Of a stretch of DNA of 64,000 nt, positions 24,549-34,167 are shown in pieces. The notes under the pieces are model-generated. The model ran no database searches, was not told where the DNA came from, and was given only the letters and a program-made list of their open reading frames with translations. The position numbers were made by a program, and so were the translations under genes. Position 1 is the first letter of the stretch. Each line of letters opens with the position of its first letter. The DNA comes from Escherichia coli. Lineage in GTDB: Bacteria; Pseudomonadota; Gammaproteobacteria; Enterobacterales; Enterobacteriaceae. The stretch is from assembly GCF_044324785.1 (NCBI RefSeq), contig NZ_CP172127.1. One strand, written 5' to 3'.

Positions 24549-26248
24549 CAGCCCCTTGCTGACTTCCCGATTGTTGATGAACGCCGGACCCCGCGCAATG
24601 CTTTCCCAGAGGCAGTTTTGCCTTCCCCGAGCGGTCACGCAAAATGCTGCAACAGCCCGATCATTTGCACTTTTTATCGGAACGCAGATATAAAGAATCC
24701 CCGGCTTTTTGGGCCAGGGATGTTCATAGTTGAAAATTTATTCTACGTTTTCTGCGACGGGAGTTGTTGAGGTTAAGGGGGAAGTCAATGCCGCCAGCGA
24801 GCCGCCTGAAACGCCAATTTCATTGAGTAAGGAGTCAATCAGCGGTGCTTGTGTGCGGTAAGAGAGTGCGGCTGATAACGCTTGTTCCGCCAGGTTTCCG
24901 CCCCCCACATTACCCGTGTTTGCATCACCCGCAGCGCTGCCACGATTCAGACCATCGACCTGAATAATCTTGATACCGTCAATAGATTTCATCGGCTCAA
25001 CGGATTTTTCTATTACCGCAGGTAGCGCCTGCAACAAGGCCAGTTTGAATTTAAGGCTGGTTTGTTCATCAGAAAGTACGTTGATAGCATCGTTCAGCGC
25101 ACGTTGTGCTTCTGCTTCCGCCAGACCCTTTTTACGTGTAGCTTCGGCTAACTCAACGATAGCCGCCGCCTGCATCTCTGCGGCTTCTTTTTCTGCTTTT
25201 GCCCGGACAGTCAGTTCAACTGCTTTGGTTTCTGCATCCTGCGCGGCAGCGATTAGGGCAACTTGTTTAGCACGATCGGCTTCTGCGGTCTGGCGAGTGG
25301 TTTCTACGTTTTGTTGGGCGCTTACTGCTTCTGCGAGTGCAAGGTTAGCACGCGCTTCTGCCTGGGACTGTTGTTCCGATTTGGCGGCAATAGCGATCGA
25401 TTTCGTCTGGTTGGCGATTTCGGTGACCTGCTGCTGTTCGATCTCTTTAATGCGAACTTCACGTTCAGCTTCAACTTTTCTGGAACGGACGGCCTGTTCG
25501 CGGTCGATTTCCGTTTCCTGAATCTGTCGTTCAGCCAGAATTCGCGTCTGCTCTGCTTCCCGACGACGCTCGGCCTCAAAAGCTGCAATTTTCGCATTCT
25601 GCTCAGCGGTACGGGTTTTAACCTGCTGCTCCTGTTCAAGCGTCATAAACGCTTCTTGTTGTTCAATCTCCAGCTTCCGCGAAAGCGCATCACGATTTTT
25701 CTCACGCACCGCAACTTCTACATCCTGTTCAACTTCGTTACGTTCGCGACGACGGCGCTCCGTCTCCTGCGTCAGCTTGGTTAAACCTTCGGCGTCAAAG
25801 GCGTTGTTAGGATTGAAATGTTCTTTCGACGTCTGGTTAAAGTTGGTAAGTGAAACGCTTTCCAGTTCCAGACCGTTTTTCGACAGATCTTCAGCTACGG
25901 TATTTTGTACTCCCTGCACGAAGTTCTCGCGGGTATCCTGTAACTCATGCATGGTCATTTGTGCAGCTGTTGCACGGAGGGCATCGACGAATTTATCTTC
26001 AACCAACATACGTAAATCTTCTGGTGATAGCGTGCGTTGCCCCAACGTTTGGGCAGCGGTGGCAATCCCTTCTACTGAAGGTTTTACCCGCACAAAGAAA
26101 GCGACTACTACATCGACGCGCATACGATCTTTCGTAATCAGGCTATCAATGGTTGAGCGGCTGACTTCCAGCTTCAGAGTATTCATATTGATGGGGATTA
26201 TTTCATGAAAGATCGGCATCACGATTGCGCCACCGCTCATTACCACTT

Positions 26249-26257
26249 TTTGCCCAC
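26249..26257. repeat. Target-site duplication TTTGCCCAC (left copy)
   Basis: Identical 9-mer directly abuts both ends of the IS (26249-26257 and 27315-27323). Confidence 0.9.
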
Positions 26258-27314
26258 GGCTTTGTTGAATAAATCAGATTTCGGGTAAGTCTCCCCCGTA
26301 GCGGGTTGTGTTTTCAGGCAATACGCACGCTTTCAGGCATACCTGCTTTCGTCATTTTGTTCAGCGCTCGTACCAGGGCCATAGCCTCCGCAACCTGACC
26401 ATCGTAGTCACGCAGCGTCAGTGAACCCCCGAACAGCTGTTTTACCCGGTACATCGCCGTTTCCGCTATCGAGCGACGGTTGTAATCTGTTGTCCATTTC
26501 CACCGCGCATTACTCCCGGTCATTCGCTGATTAGCCACTGCACGGTTACGGTCTGCATATTCACCGGGCCAGTAACCCGCACCTTTTCGGGGAGGGATAA
26601 GCGCGCTGATTTTCTTACGCCGCAGTTCATCGTGACATAGCCGGGTATCGTAAGCGCCATCGGCGGCGGCTGACCTGATTTTCCGGTGGGTTTGCCGGAT
26701 TAACCCGGGGAAGGCCTCTGAGTCCGTAACGTTGTTCAGCGACAGGTCAGCGCAGATGATTTCATGTGTTTTACTGTCAACGGCGAGATGCAGCTTACGC
26801 CAGATACGGCGGCGTTCCTGGCCATGCTTTTTGACTTTCCACTCGCCTTCACCGAAGACCTTCAGCCCGGTGGAATCAATTACCAGGTGTGCGATTTCAC
26901 CCCGGGTGGGCGTTTTGAAACTGACATTAACCGACTTTGCCCGCCTGCTGACACAGCTGTAATCCGGGCAGCGTAGCGGAACGTTCATCAGAGAAAAAAT
27001 GGAATCAATAAAGCCCTGCGCAGCCCGCAGGGTCAGCCTGAATACGCGTTTAATGACCAGCACAGTAGTGATGGCAAGGTCAGAATAGCGCTGAGGTCTG
27101 CCTCGTGAAGAAGGTGTTGCTGACTCATACCAGGCCTGAATAGCTTCATCATCCAGCCAGAAAGTTATGGAGCCACGGTTGATGAGGGCTTTATTGTAGG
27201 TGGGCCAGTTGGTGATTTTGAACTTTTGCTTTGCCACGGAACGGTCTGCGTTGTCGGGAAGATACGTGATCTGATCCTTCAACTCAGCAAAAGTTCGATT
27301 TATTCAACAAAGCC
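26258..27314 (-). mobile_element. IS903-group insertion sequence (IS5 family), 1057 bp with 18-bp terminal inverted repeats GGCTTTGTTGAATAAATC
   Basis: Left IR at 26258-26275, right IR (reverse complement) at 27297-27314; length exactly 1057 bp; single transposase ORF; 9-bp TSD as expected for IS903. Confidence 0.93.
26314..27282 (-). CDS. IS903-type DDE transposase
   Basis: 322-aa ORF (TTG start in track) MKDQITYLPDNADRSVAKQKFKITNWPTYNKALINRGSITFWLDD...; lies within the IS boundaries. Confidence 0.9.
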   Translation of the reverse strand: MKDQITYLPDNADRSVAKQKFKITNWPTYNKALINRGSITFWLDDEAIQAWYESATPSSRGRPQRYSDLAITTVLVIKRVFRLTLRAAQGFIDSIFSLMNVPLRCPDYSCVSRRAKSVNVSFKTPTRGEIAHLVIDSTGLKVFGEGEWKVKKHGQERRRIWRKLHLAVDSKTHEIICADLSLNNVTDSEAFPGLIRQTHRKIRSAAADGAYDTRLCHDELRRKKISALIPPRKGAGYWPGEYADRNRAVANQRMTGSNARWKWTTDYNRRSIAETAMYRVKQLFGGSLTLRDYDGQVAEAMALVRALNKMTKAGMPESVRIA

Positions 27315-27323
27315 TTTGCCCAC
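27315..27323. repeat. Target-site duplication TTTGCCCAC (right copy)
   Basis: See left copy. Confidence 0.9.
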
Positions 27324-27491
27324 CTAAACCAGTACGAACAAAAGCTTGCTCTGCCGAAGCGCGACGATAGAGCCTGGCGAAAATAATTCCAATAATAAAC
27401 AGAATGCATACGGCAATAATCGCGGTAAACATCCAGGAGGGCACAGAATTAACAATATCATCCATTATTAAATTTCCTTTTGATTAATAAA

Positions 27492-28121
27492 TTACAATAT
27501 TTGGGGCCAGGGATTGTTTTCCGCCAAATATCGCGTTGCAGAAAGTCGGCAAATAATTAACACTTTGTCTCCTTTAGTGAAAATTTTTCCTTCTTCAGGC
27601 TCCAGTAGTAAATAATGTATTTGGCCAAATTGATCGGTGAGTTTTCCTTCGCAGGGATTACCTGAAGTGGCCTGATGACCGGTAATTAACGCCATGCTAC
27701 CAATATATTCTTCTTCTGTAATAGCTGAACTATGGTCGCGTGGAATCCAGGGCGCAACTATTTTACCGGTATAATGCACCGCAATAATCGTAAACAGTAA
27801 ACTGACAGGAACCACGAACAGGTTCGAAAGTGGTGATTGCCAGACCATGATGCAGGCATGCTGCAACAGGATGCCAATAAGACCAAAAAAACCAGCCAGT
27901 AAGCAGAGAACGACGAGAGCTGGCAATCTTCCGATATTGAGATAATGAAGTGCCTGGCTAATATGACCTGTGGTTATGGAATCATAATGGTCAAGATGTG
28001 CATCAAGAGCACCGGAGAGCATGTGACCGCAGATAAGCGCAAAAATTTCTAAAAGGCCGATCAACAGTACAAAGGAAATAGCGAAAAGATAAGGGGTATT
28101 ATAGTCGGCGAATAAAATCAT
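27492..28121 (-). CDS. yqiJ: NfeD-like inner membrane protein YqiJ (partner of YqiK)
   Basis: 209 aa, multiple TM helices; directly upstream of yqiK on the same strand. Confidence 0.88.
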
Positions 28122-28389
28122 ATGTCACTCCAATGTCCATTTAGTGACGCAATATTTACTTTGGGATAGTTTCCTTGCTTACATTTATCTTTGTTAATAA
28201 TAACACATGTTAGAGAAGTTCTGGAAGAGAAAGTCTTTTAATATGGTTTTTTATTTTTCACTAAAAAGTGTGATCGGGGACAATATATTTACGCACGTTA
28301 TGTTTAAAGGCACTACACTGATTGGGGAATACTGAAATCAGAAAAAGCATATGGCCTTAAAAGGTATGCGATAACCGGAGGATGTGCTT

Positions 28390-28590
28390 ATGGATCATAG
28401 TCTTAATTCTTTAAATAATTTCGATTTCCTGGCGCGTAGTTTTGCCAGAATGCACGCAGAAGGTCGCCCGGTCGATATTCTGGCCGTTACTGGTAACATG
28501 GATGAAGAACATAGAACCTGGTTTTGCGCACGTTATGCCTGGTATTGCCAACAGATGATGCAAACCAGAGAACTTGAATTAGAACACTGA
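28390..28590 (+). CDS. glgS: Surface composition regulator GlgS
   Basis: 66 aa from ATG 28390 [66 protein letters not shown]. Confidence 0.93.
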
Positions 28591-28595
28591 TATTA

Positions 28596-28618
28596 CGGGC
28601 CGTCTGGCCCGTTTTTGT
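28596..28618 (+). terminator. glgS rho-independent terminator
   Basis: gggccgtctggcccg hairpin followed by TTTTTGTGTT. Confidence 0.7.
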
Positions 28619-28624
28619 GTTGCT

Positions 28625-28924
28625 TTATTCTGCTTTATCAATAGGCGGGATAGCCGGAGGAGATTGAAGATCTGCTACCGAATTATTGCGCGCTTCCAGT
28701 TCACTGATGCGCTGCTCTAGTAATGCCAGTTTCTCACGAGTCCGTAACAGGACTTGCGTCTGTACGTCGAATTCTTCGCGGCTCACCAGATCGAGACGCG
28801 TCAGCTGCGCTTGTAGGGTTTGGCGGATTTTTTTCTCCACATCTTCCCCGAACTCCCTGATTCCTTTAGGCATTGATTCGTGAACCTGGCGAGCGATTTG
28901 CTCAATTTTTTTCGGGTCAATCAT
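28625..28924 (-). CDS. ubiK: Ubiquinone biosynthesis accessory factor UbiK (YqiC)
   Basis: Coiled-coil protein [60 protein letters not shown]...; start chosen at the MIDPKK Met, since the track ORF extends further upstream. Confidence 0.85.
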   Translation of the reverse strand: MIDPKKIEQIARQVHESMPKGIREFGEDVEKKIRQTLQAQLTRLDLVSREEFDVQTQVLLRTREKLALLEQRISELEARNNSVADLQSPPAIPPIDKAE

Positions 28925-29044
28925 TGTAGTTTCCCTGTACTGATAGGTGTTGAGTGCCATTGTAGTGCGATAAGGGTAAGTCATAAACCAGAATTATGTG
29001 AAGCTATGCGTTGCTGCCGCTAATCATTAGCGTTATAGTGAATC

Positions 29045-29290
29045 CGCTTATTCTCAGGGCGGGGCGAAATTCCCCACCGGCGGTAAATCAACTCAGTTGA
29101 AAGCCCGCGAGCGCTTTGGGTGCGAACTCAAAGGACAGCAGATCCGGTGTAATTCCGGGGCCGACGGTTAGAGTCCGGATGGGAGAGAGTAACGATTCTG
29201 TCGGGCATGGACCCGCTCACGTTATTTTGGCTATATGCCGCCACTCCTAAGACTGCCCTGATTCTGGTAACCATAATTTTAGTGAGGTTT
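29045..29290 (+). ncRNA. FMN riboswitch (RFN element) and ribB leader
   Basis: Conserved RFN core AGGGCGGGGCGAAATTCCCCACCGGCGGTAAA...AGCCCGCGAGCGC...CAGATCCGGTGTAATTCCGGGGCCGACGGTTAGAGTCCGGATGGGAGAG directly upstream of ribB. Confidence 0.85.
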
Positions 29291-29297
29291 TTTTACC

Positions 29298-29951
29298 ATG
29301 AATCAGACGCTACTTTCCTCTTTTGGTACGCCTTTCGAACGTGTTGAAAATGCACTGGCTGCGCTGCGTGAAGGACGCGGTGTAATGGTGCTTGATGATG
29401 AAGACCGTGAAAACGAAGGCGATATGATCTTCCCGGCAGAAACCATGACCGTTGAGCAGATGGCGCTGACCATTCGCCACGGTAGCGGTATTGTTTGCCT
29501 GTGCATTACTGAAGATCGCCGTAAACAACTCGATCTGCCAATGATGGTAGAAAATAACACCAGCGCCTATGGCACCGGTTTTACCGTGACCATTGAAGCG
29601 GCTGAAGGTGTGACTACCGGTGTTTCTGCCGCTGACCGTATTACGACCGTTCGCGCAGCGATTGCCGATGGCGCAAAACCGTCAGATCTGAATCGCCCAG
29701 GCCACGTTTTCCCACTTCGCGCTCAGGCTGGTGGTGTACTGACGCGTGGCGGCCATACTGAAGCGACTATTGATCTGATGACGCTGGCAGGCTTTAAACC
29801 GGCTGGTGTGCTGTGTGAGCTGACTAATGACGATGGCACGATGGCGCGTGCACCAGAGTGCATTGAGTTTGCCAATAAACACAATATGGCGCTCGTGACT
29901 ATTGAAGACCTGGTGGCATACCGTCAGGCACATGAGCGTAAAGCCAGCTGA
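29298..29951 (+). CDS. ribB: 3,4-dihydroxy-2-butanone 4-phosphate synthase
   Basis: 217 aa; [42 protein letters not shown]... Confidence 0.96.
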   Translation: MNQTLLSSFGTPFERVENALAALREGRGVMVLDDEDRENEGDMIFPAETMTVEQMALTIRHGSGIVCLCITEDRRKQLDLPMMVENNTSAYGTGFTVTIEAAEGVTTGVSAADRITTVRAAIADGAKPSDLNRPGHVFPLRAQAGGVLTRGGHTEATIDLMTLAGFKPAGVLCELTNDDGTMARAPECIEFANKHNMALVTIEDLVAYRQAHERKAS

Positions 29952-29982
29952 AAACCGCTGCTTAATTTACTGCCTTAATCAA

Positions 29983-30020
29983 GAAACCGAAGTTGTAGCA
30001 GGCTTCGGTTTTTATTTTTC
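29983..30020 (+). terminator. ribB rho-independent terminator
   Basis: gaaaccgaagttgtagcaggcttcggttt hairpin followed by TTATTTTTC. Confidence 0.7.
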
Positions 30021-30212
30021 CCTGCTATGTAAGATGTTAATTCCGCTTCTCTTTCTATGAGAAAATTTCATTAATATCAGGCATTCTTTTTCATTATGAT
30101 CAAAATCATATAATTGTTCCGTTATTATGCGACCATATGAATATATCCGAAAAAGGATATGTGAAATTTATGCGCTAAATGTTTAGTATTGTTAAATATT
30201 AAGGGTAAAAGG

Positions 30213-30383
30213 ATGTTTATCGCCTGGTACTGGATTGTATTGATTGCTCTGGTTGTGGTGGGTTATTTCCTGCATTTGAAACGATATTGTCGGGCGTTTC
30301 GCCAGGACAGAGACGCCCTGCTTGAAGCGCGGAACAAATACTTAAACAGTACGAGAGAAGAGACAGCCGAAAAGGTAGAATAA
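30213..30383 (+). CDS. Small (56-aa) single-TM protein of unknown function
   Basis: ATG at 30213 preceded by aagggtaaaagg; MFIAWYWIVLIALVVVGYFLHLKRYCRAFRQDRDALLEARNKYLNSTREETAEKVE; one N-terminal TM helix and a charged tail. Confidence 0.5.
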   Translation: MFIAWYWIVLIALVVVGYFLHLKRYCRAFRQDRDALLEARNKYLNSTREETAEKVE

Positions 30384-30440
30384 GACTTTAGTGAAGCTGA
30401 CAGAAGTTGTCCATGCGCTGGACAACTTCTGATGTTGCTT

Positions 30441-31214
30441 TTAACCAATTCCCGCCGTTTGTAGCAGCACTAAACTGAATCCCATCACTGACATTCCACA
30501 TAGTACGCCATAGCTGGGGTTATTATTGGGGTCAATCTCTTTGGCGAGCGGCATTAATTCATCAACCGAGAGCGCCACCATAATTCCTGCAACCGCCGCC
30601 ATGATTGCCGCCATGACCACCGGAGAAATCATGCTACCGAGGATTAACCATGCCAGCACACCACCAAGAATTTCTGCCAGTCCGGAAATCCCCGCCCACA
30701 GAATCGCGGTACGTTTCGATCCTGTTGCAGCGTAAACCGGCCCTGCAACCGCCAGACCTTCAGGAATATTGTGCAACGCTACGGCCAGGGCGATACCAAA
30801 TCCCAGCTCCAGGTTGCTGCTCGCCGTGACAAAGGTGGCAATCCCTTCCGGGAAGTTATGCAGACTGATGCCGAGAGTGAGCAGAATGGCTGTGCGCTTG
30901 ATCGATTTTGGCAACGGCTGCACCGATTTTTGCATTAAATCCTGCGGATGTGCATGTGGCAACATGCGGTCTAGACCAAAATAGCCAAGCAGACCGAAGA
31001 TAAACATTCCATAACCCAACACAGGCGACATTCCTTCGGCGGCTAGTGCGGCAGGAAGCATTTCCATTAATGAGATGAGCAACATGATCCCCGCCGCAAA
31101 TCCTAGCGAAAACGCCAGTAAGCGGTTCGAGGGTTTTTGCCCGAGAACGCCGAGAAACGCGCCAATAAACGTGGCTGCCCCCGCCAGTATGGTCAGAATG
31201 AGAGGTACTGACAT
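30441..31214 (-). CDS. zupT: Zinc transporter ZupT (ZIP family)
   Basis: 257 aa from the Met of [22 protein letters not shown]...; track ORF has a 14-codon upstream extension. Confidence 0.93.
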
Positions 31215-31356
31215 CGACAACTCCTTATAAATCTTCACCTTCAGGCAGATCGTCAAAATAACTGATGATCATCATCATTGTTATCCGGGTTCTTACTCCG
31301 CCGAACAAGCGTATTGTGAGGATATCAAAATGACACCTTTAGTTAAGGATATCATC

Positions 31357-32145
31357 ATGTCTTCAACACGTATGCCAGCATTGTTTTTAGGTCACGGTAG
31401 TCCGATGAACGTGCTGGAAGATAATTTGTATACCCGCAGCTGGCAGAAGTTGGGGATGACATTGCCACGCCCGCAAGCGATTGTGGTGGTTTCGGCTCAC
31501 TGGTTTACCCGTGGAACAGGAGTGACCGCGATGGAGACGCCGCCCACGATTCATGACTTTGGTGGCTTCCCGCAGGCGCTGTACGATACGCATTATCCTG
31601 CTCCGGGTTCGCCTGCGCTGGCACAGCGTCTGGTTGAGCTGTTAGCGCCGATCCCGGTGACGCTGGATAAAGAAGCCTGGGGCTTTGACCACGGTTCCTG
31701 GGGCGTGCTGATTAAGATGTATCCTGACGCGGATATCCCGATGGTGCAGTTGAGTATCGACAGTAGCAAACCTGCCGCCTGGCATTTCGAAATGGGGCGC
31801 AAACTGGCAGCGCTGCGAGATGAAGGAATAATGTTGGTCGCCAGCGGTAACGTGGTGCATAACCTGCGCACAGTGAAGTGGCACGGTGATAGTTCACCGT
31901 ATCCGTGGGCGACGTCGTTTAATGAGTATGTGAAAGCGAATCTGACGTGGCAAGGGCCGGTAGAGCAGCATCCTCTGGTGAATTATCTCGACCATGAAGG
32001 TGGCGCGTTATCGAACCCAACGCCAGAGCACTATCTGCCGTTGTTGTATGTCTTAGGTGCGTGGGATGGGCAGGAGCCAATTACCATTCCGGTCGATGGT
32101 ATAGAAATGGGCAGTTTAAGTATGTTGTCGGTGCAGATAGGCTAA
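31357..32145 (+). CDS. ygiD: 4,5-DOPA dioxygenase extradiol-like protein
   Basis: Extradiol ring-cleavage dioxygenase class III family; start set at MSSTRMPALFLGHGSPMN; ATG at 31330 is an alternative. Confidence 0.88.
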   Translation: MSSTRMPALFLGHGSPMNVLEDNLYTRSWQKLGMTLPRPQAIVVVSAHWFTRGTGVTAMETPPTIHDFGGFPQALYDTHYPAPGSPALAQRLVELLAPIPVTLDKEAWGFDHGSWGVLIKMYPDADIPMVQLSIDSSKPAAWHFEMGRKLAALRDEGIMLVASGNVVHNLRTVKWHGDSSPYPWATSFNEYVKANLTWQGPVEQHPLVNYLDHEGGALSNPTPEHYLPLLYVLGAWDGQEPITIPVDGIEMGSLSMLSVQIG

Positions 32146-32150
32146 TAATT

Positions 32151-32174
32151 ACCGGATGGCGAGTGCCATCCGGT
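32151..32174. terminator. Bidirectional hairpin between convergent ygiD and ygiC
   Basis: accggatggcgagtgccatccggt perfect stem. Confidence 0.55.
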
Positions 32175-32182
32175 ATCATGGC

Positions 32183-33343
32183 TTATTCAACAAAAATATG
32201 TGGATAAAACCGAGACATATCCTGGGTGATCAATGCACGGTCTTCACGAATGCCAATTCCGGCAGGTTGATCGTTCACCAGCCAGCTACCAATCAGCATA
32301 TAGCTGTCGCCAAATTTCGGTAACGGGTGGAATTGCTGAACAATCATCCCTTCTTCGCCATACGGACCTTCCGCTGCTTCAATGGTTTTGCCGTTCTCAA
32401 TGATCGACACGTTTGCGCCTTCACGGGAGAAGATCGGTTTAACCACATATTTTTCCATTTGCGGATGATCATCTTCCGCAAAATAAGCAGGCAGCAGGTT
32501 CGGGTGATTCGGGAACATCTCCCACAGTAGCGGCAGAAGCGCTTTGTTGGAGATAATGCTCTTCCACGCCGGTTCCAGCCAGCGTACGCCTGCATCCTCC
32601 AGCTTGGTGGAGAACATCTCACGCAGCATAAATTCCCACGGGTACAGCTTGAACAGGTTAGAAATCACCTGATCCTGTAAATCCGTGAACTGACCTTTTT
32701 CGCCTAAACCGATATCGTCGATGTAGAGGAATTCAGTAGCGATTTCAGCTTCTGTCGCGCAGTCCTGCAAATACTGAATGGTTCCGCGATCTTCCACCGT
32801 GTCGCGACAGCAGGTGAGATGCAGCAACTGGAAGCCATACTGTTCACGCAGCTCGACAAAGCGATCGATCAGCTTCTCTTGCAGACTGTTAAACTGGTCG
32901 CTGCCTTCCGGCAGGTTACCGGCGTTAAGCTGATCTTCCAGCCAGATCCACTGAAAGAATGCGGCTTCATACAGTGACGTTGGCGTATCGGCGTTATTTT
33001 CCAGAAGTTTAGGTTCGCCAGTACCATCCCACGCCAGATCAAGACGCGAATAAAGCGATGGCTGGTGAGTCAGCCATGACTGGCGCACAAAACTCCAGGT
33101 GTGTTTTGGAATGCGGAATTTGGTCATCAGCTCATCGCTGGCGATCACTTTTTCCACCACTTTCAGGCACATCTGGTGCAGTTCGGCGGTGACTTCTTCC
33201 AGCTTTTCAACCTGGGCGAGGGTCAACTTGTAGTAAGCATCTTCACACCAGTACGGCTCGCCGTACATGGTGTGAAAATTGAAACCGTATTCGTGGGCTT
33301 TTTCGCGCCAGTCCGGGCGCTCGGTAATACTGACTCTTTCCAT
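32183..33343 (-). CDS. ygiC: Glutathionylspermidine synthase-like ATP-grasp protein
   Basis: 386 aa; in the tolC-ygiB-ygiC operon. Confidence 0.9.
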
Positions 33344-33348
33344 CGGTA

Positions 33349-34020
33349 TCAGCCACCCATTGAACGAGAAGAGGTGCCGGTTGCGCTACGCTGCATAGTG
33401 CTTTGTTTGACAACAGATTCACCAAAACCGCCACGGGTAACAGTAGTAGTGGTCGCCGGTTTTGGTGCCATTGCCGTCTTCGGTACGGTCATGGTGCGGC
33501 CTGGCTGGGCTGCGCCATAGTTTTTACCCGTCGCGTCGGTATATTTACCGTAAGCCGGGCTGGCTGGGTTTTTCGAGGAGAACAGCGGCTGCTGTGCAAA
33601 TCCCGCGCCGCCGCCCATCAGACGCCCCATCATGTAACCGGCCATCAGCGGCATCCAGAAACTCCCGCTGGATTGCTGGGCCTGCGCCTGGTTTTCTGGT
33701 GCCATACCAGCCTGGGCTGGTGCCTGCTGGCACTGACCTTCACCAAATTCAGCAACACAGTCTTCACGGGTGGCGTATTTCGGCGCAGTACGTTCGGCTT
33801 CTTTCAGCGCATTGTTGTACGCAGTGGTACATTCGGCGCTTTTGCCTGGGTTTGCAGCTGAACAGTCGTCAGCATTTTGATAGAGAGACACTGTTTCATC
33901 ACTCTTTTCACAGCCAGCCAGCATAAAAACAGTGGCAACCGCGAGAGCGACTGGTGTCAGATGGCGTGCGCTCCAGTTTTTGCGGAACGATGCGTGGCGT
34001 ATGGATTTTGTCCGTTTCAT
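33349..34020 (-). CDS. ygiB: DUF1190 lipoprotein YgiB
   Basis: 223 aa from [37 protein letters not shown] (lipobox). Confidence 0.88.
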
Positions 34021-34167
34021 TTTTGTCTTCCGGGACCAGTGGTAAATACCCATCAGAATAGAGGATGGCTGGTCGAAATTGAAGCGAGAAGGGGGAAGAA
34101 TGCGGCAGATAACCCGTATCTTTACGTTGCCTTACGTTCAGACGGGGCCGAAGCCCCGTCGTCGTCA

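Larger units (their letters stand above)
23985..24740. repeat. Two tandem ~378-bp direct repeats, each a complete ibs/sib type I toxin-antitoxin unit
   Basis: Unit 1 begins ttgacgctgttgttttttcaacctagagtaaagg (23988), unit 2 ttgacgctgtttttttttcaacctaaagtaaagg (24366); high identity throughout. Confidence 0.85.
24738..27465 (-). pseudogene. yqiK: yqiK (flotillin-like SPFH/band-7 protein) interrupted by an IS903-group insertion after codon ~50
   Basis: N-terminal exon 27465-27315 reads MDDIVNSVPSWMFTAIIAVCILFIIGIIFARLYRRASAEQAFVRTGLGGQK; C-terminal part 26257-24738 continues VVMSGGAIVMPIF...; joining across the IS with one copy of the 9-bp duplication restores a 554-codon ORF. Confidence 0.9.

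Noticed and set aside
24104-24770. Plus-strand ORFs of 65 and 96 aa (24104-24301, 24480-24770) in the ibs/sib repeats
   Set aside because: They are the antisense frame of the Ibs toxin ORFs and span Sib RNA/terminator sequence; duplicated only because the DNA is duplicated.
24738-26246. Calling the 502-aa ORF an intact yqiK gene
   Set aside because: Its first residues (VVMSGGAIV...) are internal to YqiK; the true N-terminus lies beyond the IS903 insertion at 27315-27465, so the gene is interrupted.
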